64,000 nt of DNA, from positions 14,694,001 to 14,758,000 of the forward strand of contig NC_090340.1 of the NCBI RefSeq assembly GCF_035084215.1, in the 5' to 3' direction. Below the pieces are notes generated by a model, which was not told the DNA's origin, did not search any database, and saw nothing but the letters and a program-made list of their open reading frames with translations. Below are positions 11,791 to 24,778 of this stretch, piece after piece (the stretch's first letter is position 1; every line of letters starts with the position of its first letter). Made by a program: the position numbers and the translations under genes. Source of the DNA: Heptranchias perlo (Eukaryota).

Positions 11791-12619
11791 ATCATTAAGA
11801 TAGTTCACGGAAAACTCCTGGAAAATATCAACAAAAACATAAAATTCATATTTTAATGTGAAATATAATTGAGAACCGATAGTAAAACCTGAAGTTATAT
11901 CATCCGCTGCACAAATATTCTCAGCCAAACCTTATTTGCCTTCAAATTCCTGTATTTGATGTAAAAGCAAGAGGTTTATCTTTGTTATCTGATTATATTC
12001 CATATTGTGCTTAATATTAATCACTTTATTTTTTGTTCCCATCATCAAATGGTTTTATTCGTTATTATTATCTAGCTTTCCTACAACACAACGATTACCA
12101 AGAGCTACGTTCAAATTATCGGCTCTCGCCTTTCTCCCAATGCAGTTACCGATCCTGACCACCATTTTCGGCGATTCCCCGTGAAGAGTTCTGAAATTAA
12201 GTCTCTGGCCAACTTGTGTCCCTCACCCCTCCATGGCACAGCGGTTTGGAGTTGAAACTGTCTCTTGCATTTCAACTAAGCGGTGCCCACAACCTGGCTG
12301 CAGTTCAGCCGGTTACACCGTTTTTGTAACAAACTGATTGTCGAGTCAGACAATAGTGAATAAATCACCGCACGTCGATCTCCTATACTATTCAGTGACA
12401 TTCAGTAATACAAAGGCGAACTTAATTATGACTTAACCATGAAGGCAGTGTTATCTGATTTCAAGGAGCGCCGATTGTTCCAGGCAGTAATATTCTCTGC
12501 ACTTCAAAACCAGAAATCCTCACGGAATCGGATTAAAATAGTTTTGATTGCCCGTATTTGCAACAAAAGTTTCCACTTTGCAACATGATAAATGGAATGT
12601 CCGGCGACACAAAATCACT

Positions 12620-14381
12620 TTCCAAACCATTTGGTTGTGGGTGCACAACTAGTTTGAGTGAAGTGCTCTGAGTCTCCGGCCACTAATGGCTATAGATCAT
12701 TGCTGATCGCTACAGTCAAACACTCTCGGTACGATCTAAAATTGAAAATCATGTTCGGCACCATACCGACTGTAGAAATCTCTTTGAAACCACTGATATG
12801 GAAACTCAGTGAATATTTTAATTATTCATTATGATAAAATTTCATTAATTCAAAGCTGAAAAAGAAGGCGTAACGGGACCGAACCGTTGTGAAAAGCCGG
12901 TACGTTCATTCATTCATTCCCGCAAAGGGTTCAATTATGCAGAAAGATTGATATCATGGAGATATTTAATCATAATCATGTCAGAACAATTTGCCTATTT
13001 CCTAAAAGTATTTGTTCCGCTTACCCGCTTAATGGGTCATACAAATCGTGTTCAGAAAAAAATATTTGACGCCAGCGGGGAAGGATTTCACCCTCGGGGA
13101 GGAAATAGTTTTTCGGAAAAGAAAAGCGAGCGCGGTGTAAAACGGGCGGCCGATTCGCTATCGCTCGTTTCGCGGTATCGCCGAAGGCCAATTTCACTCC
13201 CGCCCGGCGGCGCGTGGCTGTTGCAAATTATTAAATAGGAGGAAAGAAAACTGTCCGTTTAGTTAAAAATGCATCTAAGTAATAACTGTTTATAGATTCA
13301 ATATTATTTGTAATGGGGGAAAATAACTTAATGAATCAGTGTGCTGGAAGTAACGCTCATTTAAGCATTTCTTTATTATAAAATGAAGATTGACAGCTTT
13401 AAATATTAGGTACAGTGATCACAGTAGTCACCGGTCTTAACATTCGCACGTATGTAGCTATATTAACTATGGTTTCTGCACTTTATTTCTAGCGTATGTT
13501 GCTCTGTTCAATGTTTAACCAGTAGTCTGTAAACTGGTGAAGGCAATGAACTAGCCACATAACAAAACATATACTTGGTTCACATCCAGGAAACAAAGGC
13601 TGAGACAGTTGATACGCTGCAATAGGTTTGAGCAAAGCTCAGTAAACTCCAAGACGTAAATTTGCAGAGGAAAGGACTGTGTACCATCAGCCGGAGCTTG
13701 TAAGCGGAACAGGCGGTCACAGATCACCAGTGTAGCATCAACGTTGTGGTCATAACGGAAAATATAAGGTTGGTTGACCCTTGTGTATTGTAACTAACGC
13801 TGTTTGCGTGTTATTCTGATGATTGTTTTCGGCAGCAATCCACAAACGGGCAAAACGACCAATTAACAATATTTCCAAAGATGGGTTCACAGACCAAACA
13901 AGGGACCGACACGACTCTGGAAGTGTCAAGCTCCAAACAAACGGAGAAACCCAAAATAAATACAGAATAACATATTCCAATATTATATCATTGATCGTGG
14001 GTGTAATTATTTGTTATTGCTTAATCGTTTGAGGAATTTTCATTTATTTTCTTGTAATAAAAATGAACTTTCCTTGCATATTTTTAATCAATATGCACTA
14101 TTTAACAGATGCGAAATCTTTGCAACGATACGCTAATTGTTTTGCTGTACCTCGATATTATCATGCATAATTTCAATAAAAATATATGATCTACGATTTC
14201 TCTCTGTTCACCATTAATGATGATTCTTCTTCGCGAGTAAAACCGTGAAACCTGGGTTTTGACCGATGTGTTTCCTTACTGTATTCTGCCTTCCAGTCCA
14301 GGCGATTCTCCTGATGTGGAAGGCAGGACGCTCCAGTCTATTGACTCGTCCATAAACCCACTGAACCCAGTTTGCAGTTGA
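12620..14381 (+). pseudogene. IgSF receptor copy A: 3' (cytoplasmic-candidate) exon remnants; TM exon deleted
   Basis: 12620-12812 is homologous to 24545-24740 (QTLSV...TDMETQ*). 14302-14381 is homologous to 26205-26284 (GDSPDVEGRTLQSIDSSINPLNPVCS*). The ~700 bp that holds the TM exon in copy B (about 23680-24365) is absent near 12385-12440. Confidence 0.6.
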
Positions 14382-15119
14382 TGGAGCATGAGATGCCTTT
14401 CTCTGAACTCTGAATGAATATTCATTCCTATCCGAAACGATGCGCCCGGACAGTACCAGTTCACTTCTAAAGGTCCTAAGTAGTGAGAAAAGCCCGACGG
14501 AGCTGAATGCATTTTTATTGGAGAAAAGACTAAATTTATAGGGATTCAGGTCTTTCAAGTGTCGAAAGACTTGGATAATGTGGCAAAAAGCGGGTTTTAT
14601 GGTTTTAATACGCAACTGGAGGCTCTGACTTACCAAGCCTCAAGAAAGAGAATAGAGTTAAAATCATTTGCCTCTTTTACTGTGGATGTCTGATCAACTG
14701 AGGGATAACAACAGTTTGAAAGGTTAAACTATCAGATATTTCACAAGTAGATCACTTGAATTACAGGACGAGAACGAGCTGGTTACTGGAAGAACAGCAG
14801 CCCAACAGTTCCAGTGACTAAGCCCTTTACTCAGAATTTAAAGATAATACAAGACGAAGTGAATCAGTTGCATTTTATTTACCTTAACTGTCCTGGTTTG
14901 ATGACTGTGTCCATCAACATGCATTTCAGAGTCCTAGAATGTTACAGCGCGGGAAAAGTTCATTGGGCTTCTTAAGTCTGTACATTTTTTCTATCCATAT
15001 GAAACATTTAACTTGTCCTACTTTTCTTTTGGATTCGCACTATCTTTGATATCCGTATTTCAAGCAGCTAATTCCATTCTAAAAGAAATCCTGGACTGTG
15101 TTTGTGGCAGAGAACTCCA

Positions 15120-18100
15120 TATTGGCATAGGGTAAATAAGATCAGAGAGATGAATGCGTGGCTCAAGGGTTGGAGTGGGAGAAGTGGGTTTCGATTCATG
15201 GGGTACTGGCACCAGTACTGGGGAAAGAGAGAGTCGTTCCGTTGGGATGCACCACACCTGAACCATGCTGGGACCAGAGTTCTAGCGAATCGAATGACTA
15301 GAGAGGTAGATCGGGCTTTAAATTAAATAAGGCGGGGTGGGGGTAGGGTCCAGGTGGAGATAAATCTACAATGCTAAAGAGAAAAGACAAAGAAGCAGTG
15401 CAGGAAAGTGATTGCGGTAAGGGTAACCAGATTGTGTCAGGAAGGGACAGAGTGTACAAACAAAAGAGTGCATTAACAAATAGGTCCGGCTAAGAAAAAA
15501 TGGTAATAAGACAAGTAGGGCCATAGTGCAAAACAATGTTAAGATGTCTAAAAACGATAAAACGACAAATGTAAAGGCACTGTATCTGAATGCACGAAGC
15601 ATTCGTAATAGGGTAGACGAATTAACAGCGCAAATAGTTGTAAACGGATATGATATAATTGCAATTTCACAGATATGGCTGCATGGTGACCAAGGCTGGC
15701 AGCTGAATATCCAAGGGTATTCGATGTTTAGGAAGGACAGGCAAAAAGGAAAAGGAGGTGGGGTGGCGTTGTTAGTAAAGGATGAAATCAGAGCCATAGT
15801 GAGAAAGGATATTGGCTCAGAAAAGCAAGATGTAGAATCCGTCTGGCTGGAGTTAAGAAGCACCAAGGGGCAGAAAACACTGGTGGGAGTTGTCTATAGG
15901 CCTCCAAACAGTACTGGTAATGTAGAGGATGGCATCAAACAGGAAATTAGAGATGCATGTAACAAGGGTACTACAGTAATCATGGGTGACTTTAATCTAC
16001 ATATAGACTGGCCAAATCAAATTAGCAATAATACTGTGGAGGATGAATTCCTCGAGTATGGACGAGATGGTTTTTTAGACCAGTACCTTGAGGAGCCAAC
16101 CAGGGAACAGGCTATCCTAGATTGGGTATTGTGCAATGAGAAGGGGTTAATTAATAATCTTGTTTTGCAGGGTCCTTTAGGGAAGAGTGACAATAACATG
16201 ATAGAATTCTTCATTAAGATGGAAAGTGAAGTAGTCCAATCCGAAACTAGGGTCCTATATCTAAATAAAGGAAACTACGAAGGTATGAGGAATGAGTTGG
16301 CCATGATAGATTTGGAAGCTTCATTAAAAGGCATGACAGTGGATAGGCAATCGCTAACATTTATGGAACAAATGCATGAATTGCAATAATTATACATTCA
16401 TTTCGGGTGCAAAAACACAAAAGGAAAATCGGCCCAAACATGGCTAACAAAATAAATTAAGGATAGTATTCGATCCAAAGAGGAGTCATATAAAGTTGCA
16501 AGAAAAGTATCAAGCCTGAGGATCAGGAGCAGTTTAGAATTCAGCAAAAACGGACCAAGAGATTGATTAAGACCGGAAAAATAGAGTATGAGGAAGCAAA
16601 ATAAAAGTGGACTGTAAAAGCTTCTACAAGTATGTAAAAAGAAAAAGATTAGTGAAGACAAACGTAGGCCCCAAACAATCAAAAACGGGAGATTTTATAA
16701 TGGGTTACAAGGAAATGGCAGAACAATTAAACAGAATCTTTGGTTCTGTCTTCATGGAAGAGTATACAAATAACTTCCCAGAAATATTAGGGAACTAAAG
16801 GTCTAGTGAGAAGGAGGAATTAAAGAAAATTAGTATTCGTAAAAAATAGTGCTGGAGAAATAAATGGGACTGAAAACCAATAAATCCCCAGGGCCTGATA
16901 ATCTGCATCCCAGAGTACTAAAAGAGGTAGCCATGGAAATAGTGGATGCATTGGTTGTCATCTTCCAAAATTCTATAGATTATGGAACAGTTCCTGCAGA
17001 TTGGTAGGTGGCAAATTAACACCACTATTTAAAAAGGAGGGAGAGAGAAAACAGGGAACTACAGACTGGTTAGTGTAACATCAGTAGTAGGGAAAATGCT
17101 AGATTCTATTTCCAAAGAATGTGATAACAGGACACTTGGAAAATATCAACGGGATTAGACAAAGTCAACATTGATTTATGAAAGGGAAATCATGTTTGAC
17201 AAAACTACTGGAGTTTTTTGAGTACGTAAGTGGTAGAATAGATAAGGGAGAACCAGTGGATGTGGTTTATTTGGATTTTCAGAAGGCCTTTGATAAAGTC
17301 CCACGTAACAGGTTAGTGTGCAAAATTAAAGCACATGGGATTGGTGGTAATATACTGGCATGGATTGAAAATTGGTTAACAGACAGGAAACAGAGAGTAG
17401 GAATAAATGGGTCTCTTTTGGGTTGGCAGAATTCAGTGCTTGGGCCCCAGCTATTCACAATATATATCAATGATTTGGAAGAGGGAACTAAATGTAATAT
17501 TTCCAAGTTTGCTGATGACACAAAACTAGGTGGGATCGTGAGTTGTGAGTGTGATGCAAAGAGGGTTCAAGGCGTTTTAGACAAGTTGAGTGAGTGGGCA
17601 AATATATGGCAGATGCAGTATAATGTGGATAAATGTGAAGTTATCCACTTCGGAAGGAAAAACAGAAAGCAGCGTATTATTTAAATGTAGATAGATTGGG
17701 AAATGTGATGTACAAAGGGACCTGGGTGTCCTTGTACACCAGTCACTGAAAGCAAACATGCAGGTGCAGCAAGCAGTTAGGAAGGCAAATGGTATGTTGG
17801 CCTTCATTGCAAGAGGATTTGATTAGAGTATCAAGGATGTCTTACTACAGTTATACAGGGCCTTGGTGAGACTAAACCTGGATTATTGTGTGTAGTTTTG
17901 GTCTCCTTACCTAAGAAAGGATATACTTGCCATAGAGGGAGTGCAGCGAAGGTTCACCAGACTGATTCTTGGGATCGCAGGACTGTCGTATGAGGAGAGA
18001 TTGGGTTGACTCAGCCTGTATTCACTCGAGTGCAGAAGAATGAGAGGGGATCTCATTGAAAGATATGAAATTCTGACAGGTCTAGACAGACTGGATGCAG

Positions 18101-18410
18101 GGAGGATGTTTCTCATGGCTGGGGGGTCCAGAACGAGGGGTCACAGTCTCAGTCTTTAGGACTGAGATGAGGAGAGATTTCTTCACTCAGAGGGTGGTGA
18201 ACCTATGGAATTATTTACCACAGAAGGCTGTGGAGGCCAAGCCACTGAATATATTTAAGGAGATAGATACATTTCTGGACGCAAAAGGCATCAAGGGGTT
18301 TGGGGGGAGAGCAGGAATATGGTATTGAGATAGAGGATCAGCCATGATCATATTGAATGGCGGAGCTGTTTTGAAGGGCCGAATGGCCTACTCCTGCTCC
18401 TATATTTCTA
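15120..18410 (+). mobile_element. CR1 LINE (ORF1 esterase end, APE endonuclease, RT, 3' tail), degenerate
   Basis: YLNARSIRN, GGGVALLVK, VYRPP, MGDFN, YLDFQKAFDKV, FADDTKL. Absent from the paralogous site near 27095. Confidence 0.93.
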
Positions 18411-20317
18411 CATTGCATTCTAACCAGCCTCTGTGTAGAGAGTATTTTACCTCTCCCTTTATTTTTTGAGATTATGTTCAATTTGTGGTCAGTCGTTACA
18501 GTCTCCTGACCACTGGAAACAATCTATCATTATTACCTTATCATCACGCCTCATGCTCTTGAAGACCTCTGTCAGGTCACTACTTAAATTTTTCAACTCA
18601 AGTGAAAGGTGTCCAAGCTTCTCAAATAATAACAACTCCACATTCCTAGTAATAAAGCCTGCCCCTTTTTCAATTGTTTTTATATCCTTCCTTAGCTTTA
18701 GAAAAGCTCTTACATCAGTTGAAGATTGTCTCCTTGAAATTGTATTCAATGCCACCAAATACAAAACCATGACATTCCCTTGCATCTTTATTGGACAATA
18801 AACTTCTGCTGCCATCAATCATTAAGGTAGCTTTGCTGCTCTCCATTTAAAATCCTATAATTTTAGTTGTATTTCCTATTCTTACTTCCAGAAATGTACT
18901 ATTACACATTTCTCTGCATTCTCCATGGAACATCTATCTGCCCTTCCAATTAACTATCGACGTCGCCTGCAGGATTTCACAATCTGCATTAGGTGCTATC
19001 AGCAAATTTTAATGTTGCTCCCTCAATTCCCCAGTCGAGATAATTAATCTTTATAATAAATATAAACAGCTCAACACAGACCCCGTGGAACATCTCTCGG
19101 CACACCTTTCAACTCGGAGAAGGGTCCTTTTACCTTTGCACTTTGTTTTCTGTCCTCCAACCATCTCTGTATCCACGTGGCCACCTTGTCCTTACGTCCA
19201 CGTGCGTTTGTGGTATGTGGTATCTTATCAAATACGTTTTGAAAATTCATACAATCTACATCTGCGACACTCTCTTTTTCTCTATTCTCTCTGTTATTTC
19301 TTCAATTCATTCTTTGAATCAAGCGCAATCTGTTTTTTTTTTCGAAACCTTACTGATTAGCTCAGGTTTCTGCAAGAACTTAACAGTTTTATGCGGACTG
19401 ACGCAGGTCCTGCTAAATGCGAGTAGATGTGCAACTGTTTACCTGTCATTATGTTTCAGGTTGCTTCACATTCTATATTCTCATTTTGTAAAAATTCGTT
19501 GGCTTCGAGATGGAGATTAAGTCACCGTGGTGCAGATTATTTTGATAATTAGTTAACCGAAAGTGACACTTTCATGGGCAGTGATACAAAATTAACATTT
19601 GGGCGTTTTGTGTTCTGTGTCTTGCGTTCTGATGAAATGTAAGCTATCAACCGAAGTGTTCACCAGTCTGATTTTAGCTGCACCAGATGTTTTGCGATAA
19701 AGTGACACGAGCGAATCGTTTTCTCGAGCTAAATAAACAAACGGTTCAGTAGTTCAGCTCGAAGCACCAAATGCTCAAACTTTAAATTTAGCTCTGTTAA
19801 TTCTAACATCATCAAAACGCGCCGAGTGTCGAATAACGGTAGTTATTAAGCAACATGTTTCAATGTATTTGTGATACGATATTCACATTTATCAGAGATA
19901 CGATTTCATATTTGCCTTTGTGACATCTGCTACCCTCATCAATAGTACAGTCTGAAATATATAGCCTCTTTAAGGCGCCATTCTTTCCGATTTCTTACAT
20001 TATATTAAGTGTAAGGTAAGCCGCAAAAGTATTTCCTAAATAAATTTCTGGCGCTTTATTTATTCATCGGTACACAAATACAGTGAAATTGGTTAAACCC
20101 ATGACACTCGGCATAATAACTTCGTGCATTGCAATACTGTAAGATTAATCACACGGGCTTCCAAATTGAAGTTCTAGATATTTTCGAAAATGTCAACAGA
20201 GTTCGGCTAAAATGAAGCGCATGTTATTTAGTTGCCCCATAATTGTAACTATTTATGTGACATGTTATGAAGAACGTTACTCATTCAAGTTGTTCCTATC
20301 ACAGTGTTTTACGCCTT

Positions 20318-20740
20318 ACGCCCCATCCACCACGCCAAACATTCACTCCCTTCACCACCGGCGCACTGTGGCTGCAGTGTGTACCATCAACAGGATGCAC
20401 TGCAGCAATTCGCCAAGGCTTCTTCGACAGCACCTCCCAAACCCGCGACCTCTACCACCTAGAAGGACAAGGCTAGCAGGCACATAGGAACAAGACCACC
20501 TGCACGTTTCCCTCCAAGTCACACACCATCCCGACTTGGAAATATATCACCGTTCCTTCATCGTCGCTGGTTCAAAATCCTGGAACTCACTACCGAATAG
20601 CACTGTGGGAGAACCTTCACTAATGAACTGCAGCGGTTCAAAAAGGCGGCTCACCACCACCTTCTCAAGGGCAATTAGGGATGGGCAATAAATACTGGCC
20701 TTGCCAGCGACGCCCACATCCCATGAACAAATGAAAAAAA
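20318..20740 (+). mobile_element. 3' fragment of the second LINE family
   Basis: NIHSLHHRRTVAAVCTINRMHCSNSPRLLRQHLP plus the same 3' tail as 3445-4687. Confidence 0.85.
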
Positions 20741-21294
20741 GAGCTCGAGATTAGAGGCGATAAAGGAGCAGATTTTGCTAATACTTTCTAATGCGGCATC
20801 TTGCAGCCCTGCTCCAAAAACATTAGGGCACTGGGCAAAGGGAAGAAGTCCGCATTCGGGATATCACATTAGAGGCAATTCCATATGGAATTCCTGCTGC
20901 TCGACCGCCCGGCAGCAGCAGTTCAGGAAGGGTAACTGGAAGACAGTAGTAACTGGAGAGTTATTTCCCTTTAAAATATTGAAGGAATATAAGATAAATC
21001 TGTTATGAATTTCTGTGTTAGAAGAAGCAGAATCGGTGGAATTGACACCTGTTTAGAGAAAGTAAAATGTTGGTAAGTGCAAAGTGATTGTGACACAGGC
21101 GACTGCACTGGTTGCTTAGGAACAAAACGGTCAGCAAATCTCACTTCACCAACGAAACCTATTTTCCGAACCTGCAGCTACAGGGGGTCGAACGTCATTG
21201 TGACGCATTTCAGATTAAATAATCAGCAGACCCTTCTTCTCATGGCAAACTCATGATCAGTGCAGTCTGTGATCAGAGTAATCTTTTACTCGTA

Positions 21295-21355
21295 ATGTTG
21301 TCGAGTGTGGTGCTTATGTTCCTGCTCCTGTCTCTCCGGGGAATTATTTACACAG
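21295..21355 (+). CDS. IgSF receptor copy B exon 1: signal peptide MLSSVVLMFLLLSLRGIIYT
   Basis: Hydrophobic leader with phase-1 donor cag|gtatc. Homologous leaders at 55167 and 62690. There is an upstream in-frame ATG at 21253. Confidence 0.8.
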
Positions 21356-21551
21356 GTATCTTTTATTCTCCATCCCAGCTGTCGCAATGAAGAAATGCAC
21401 CTGAAGGTGTTACCACTTAAACTGAATGACATTTAGTTCGTCTGCTCTATATTCTTCTTTCTCTAATTTATTTCCATGTACAAATATTTTCGAAAGTGCC
21501 TGGTTCCACATAGCATATAAGTAACCAAATTTTTAATCTATTTTCTAACAG

Positions 21552-21854
21552 CTGCTGCACGTATTTCTCAAACCCCCGAACAAGTGATTGCATTAAGGGG
21601 GGAAAACATCACCTTCTACTGTGTAATCCCGCTCTCTCAGGACAACTCAGAAGTGCATTGGTGGAAACAGGGCGAGAAAGCATATTTGCAAACAACGGTC
21701 GATAACAGAAAACGATTTGGTGTCAAAAATAAAGGAGCCAGTTTCTTTGAGCTACGGAACGTGACCTTCCAAGACTCTGGAATCTATCAATGCACAGTGA
21801 TCCGTCAGGGAAGCGTTAGTGGAAATGGAACGGGCTCAAATCTAATTGTGTGCG
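21552..21854 (+). CDS. Copy B exon 2: V-set domain with germline-joined J-like G strand
   Basis: Acceptor ttttctaacag, donor gtaagt, phase 1-1. Reads ISQTP...GENITFYC...VHWWKQ...FELRNVTFQDSGIYQC...GNGTGSNLIV. Confidence 0.93.
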
Positions 21855-22670
21855 GTAAGTGACTGGGGTGAGTGGGAACTTCCAAATGTATCCAATGTAA
21901 CAGTATAAAACATTTATATTAATACATTTACAGTCAAACTCAATGTTACTCCAATATCTCTGTACACAGCTGTTAATTACACGGCACGATATGGCGCTTC
22001 ATTTGCTGAGTTGTGTGAAATTCCATCAATATTAACCAGAGTAAGTAACATGTTACTGGATTCATCTCAACATGTAGTTTCCACATCAGACTTCTGATGA
22101 GGGAAGGTGCGGAACAAATTCGAAACATATAGATGACTGACTGAAGATCTTTCATATTAATGCGCCTCCCCCGCCATATACAGGGCTCTTAACCTATTTT
22201 AGAAGCTTTGTTTGTCCCTGTCGCTGTCAGTGGGGTTTAACGGTCACTCCTGAAATTAATGCTCACATACTGACAGGCTGGTTCGAATGGCGGATTTCAG
22301 ATAAGCTACAATTAACTGTTAATTATTGGATTTACTCAACACATAGAACCATGAACCAGAACTTTGCCGCCGCTTTCCCCTGCAATAAACGAATCATTCC
22401 CCAGAGATTGTGTTGCTGAAGCCTTCTGAGGTTGAGCGGAATGTAATTTCCCTGAGCCGATCCCATGCTCCTGCTGTGTGGGCTTCCCGATATCCACTCG
22501 GGCCCTCCTTTCAGTATCAGTAATACACAGATTACTCGTTTCTCTCTTGGGGAGACAGACAGACAGAGCTAGAGATCCTAACAGAGAAGGACAGAGGATG
22601 CCATTCTTCTCCCACATCTTCTGTTACCTATCTCCCCAGAAACCTGATTTTCCACATTTTCTGTCCACAG

Positions 22671-22982
22671 CTGCTCCAACTCCACTGAAGATTGTCTCCA
22701 GGACACCCGAGAGCAAACCATCTGCTTCTCTGACTCTTGTGTGTGAAACGGCTGAGTTTTACCCGGAGGATTTCACCCTCACTTGGTATAAAAATGGCGT
22801 CAAAACCACAACTGGGATAAATATGACTAAACGGCGGAACACTGAGGGTCTGTATGAAGTTTCCAGCACTTTGGAAGTGACGAAGCCGAAGCGGAATGGG
22901 TCTGTTTACACCTGTTTGGTAACTCATGTCGCCCTCCAGACTCCCGCCATTGCAACCTACACTGTCAGCAATTCCGACTCAG
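22671..22982 (+). CDS. Copy B exon 3: C1-set Ig domain
   Basis: Acceptor ctgtccacag, donor gtaagg, phase 1-1. Reads LTLVCETAEFYPEDFTLTWYKNG...GLYEVSSTL...YTCLVTHVAL. Confidence 0.93.
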
Positions 22983-24164
22983 GTAAGGAGCCAACAGTCG
23001 AAGAAGCGAGGTCAGCTACTGTTAAACACTGAAAGGATATTTGATAGGGTTTGTTCATATTAATAATCAGGAAGGTGATTCACGGATAATTCACGGAAAA
23101 GTCATGAGAAATTTCAACAAAACATAAAATGCATATTTTAATGTAAAACATCATTGACAACGGGTAGTAAAAGCTGAAGTTATATCATCCGCCACACAAA
23201 CGTATTCAGTCAAACCTTATTAGCCTTCAAATTCCTTTATTTGATGTAAAGCAAATATAAGCAGAAGTTGAGTTTTGTTATCCGATTATATTTCATATTC
23301 TGCTTATTATTTATCACATTTTATTTATTTTTGTTTCGATGTTAAAATGGTTTTATTCGTTATTATTATCTAGCTTTCCTGCAACAGGGTGATTCCCAGG
23401 AGCTACATTTAAGTTGTCTGCTCTCGGGTTTCTCCCAATGCAGTTCCCGATCCTGACCCCCCTTTTCAGCTACTCCCAGTGAAGAGTTCTGAAATTAATT
23501 ATCTGACCAAATGAATCCCTCACCCTTCCATGGCACAACGGATTGGAATGGATCTGCCTCATACATTTCATTTAAACGGTGCTCACAACCTGGCTGCAGT
23601 TCTGCCGGTTACACCGTTTTATTAAAAGCTATTTGCCTGGTCAGGCGACAGTGAATAAACCATCGCGCGTTGATCTCCTACTTTGCGATATTCTTACCTC
23701 AATAAATACAGTGCAGTGTAGATATGTGAATTGGGAGTTTTAACCGATTTCTGCAATTCGGCATTTTGTCCGGCAACGGTGAAACGATTGTCATCGAATT
23801 GCCCGCGATTTCATCCAACAATAAATAAAGAACATGAGAAAAGTCAAGGGTAACAACAAACCATTCGGTCTAGGGAAACATCCCTCTCGTATTCTACCTC
23901 TTCTAAAATAGTGTTTCAAAAGTCATAAATTCAGTACCCCTCCTCGAAGATAATTCCAAAAAGGTCTCATCCATTTCAGACATTTGAGAAATTCCTTCCA
24001 ACATTATATCTAAAAAAAGTAACATTTTTAATTTATTGCCGTTCTACACTGTGCAGTTGCTGAAAGCATCATTACTTTAACCAAAAAACGCTCTTGCGGC
24101 ACCTTTTTAGGAAACGCCCGCCATAATGTACAACTCAATATATATGCTCCTATTATTCTTGCAG

Positions 24165-24278
24165 TTCGTGATGGCATGTCTCCTTACTACTCGGGTTTTA
24201 GATATGCGATGTGCGGTGTGGCGTTACTAGTGCTTCTGGTCATCATCCGGTCGCACTGCCAATTGCAGGTTAATAAAG
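24165..24278 (+). CDS. Copy B exon 4: stalk and transmembrane segment with Arg
   Basis: Acceptor ttcttgcag, donor gtaagt, 114 bp, phase 1-1. Reads VRDGMSPYYSGFRYAMCGVALLVLLVIIRSHCQLQVNK. Confidence 0.85.
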
Positions 24279-24557
24279 GTAAGTTCTACTGTAAGCGTTT
24301 GATTTTCATTCAAAACTTCAGGAAGCGGTGGGGAGAAGTAGTGAGAGTCTCCGAATAAAACAAAGAAGGCAGTGTTATCTGATTTCAGGCAGCGTCCATT
24401 GTTCCAACAGTAACAGATTCTGCACTTTATAACGCAGAAATCCTCACAGAATCAGCTTAAAAATTGATCCGATTACCTCTAAATTTGCAACAACAATTTC
24501 CACTTTGCAGTGTGATAAATGAATTGTACCCTGACACATAATCACTTTCCAAACCAG

Positions 24558-24778
24558 TGGGTTGTGGGTCCCCAACAATGGAGCGGTGTGAGGCTCCGGC
24601 CGGCAATGGCCGTAGGTCATTGCTGATCGCTACCGGGACTCCGATTCAAATACTGTCGGTACAATCTGAAATTGAAAGTCATGTTCCGCTTCATACTGAC
24701 TCTGGAAAGGTCTATAAAATCACTAATATGGAAACTCAGCAAATATTTCAATCGCTCCTTATAATTAAATTTCATTAA
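24558..24778 (+). CDS. Copy B candidate proximal terminal (cytoplasmic) exon
   Basis: Acceptor ttccaaaccag is in phase with the TM exon and the frame is open to a stop at 24778. Homologues in copy A and at 53689-53884 end in ETQ* and ETE*. Confidence 0.4.

Noticed and set aside
21793-21799. Perfect RSS heptamer CACAGTG at the second Cys of the V exon
   Set aside because: There is no credible nonamer at 12 or 23 nt, it is explained by Cys-Thr-Val codons, and it is not conserved in copy C (CGCAGTG).
21552-22982. Rearranging TCR or Ig locus, or a named gene such as NCR3 or SIRPA
   Set aside because: V and J-like strand are in one exon with no RSS or separate J segments. The domain count does not match NKp30 (V only) or SIRP (V-C1-C1), so no symbol was assigned.
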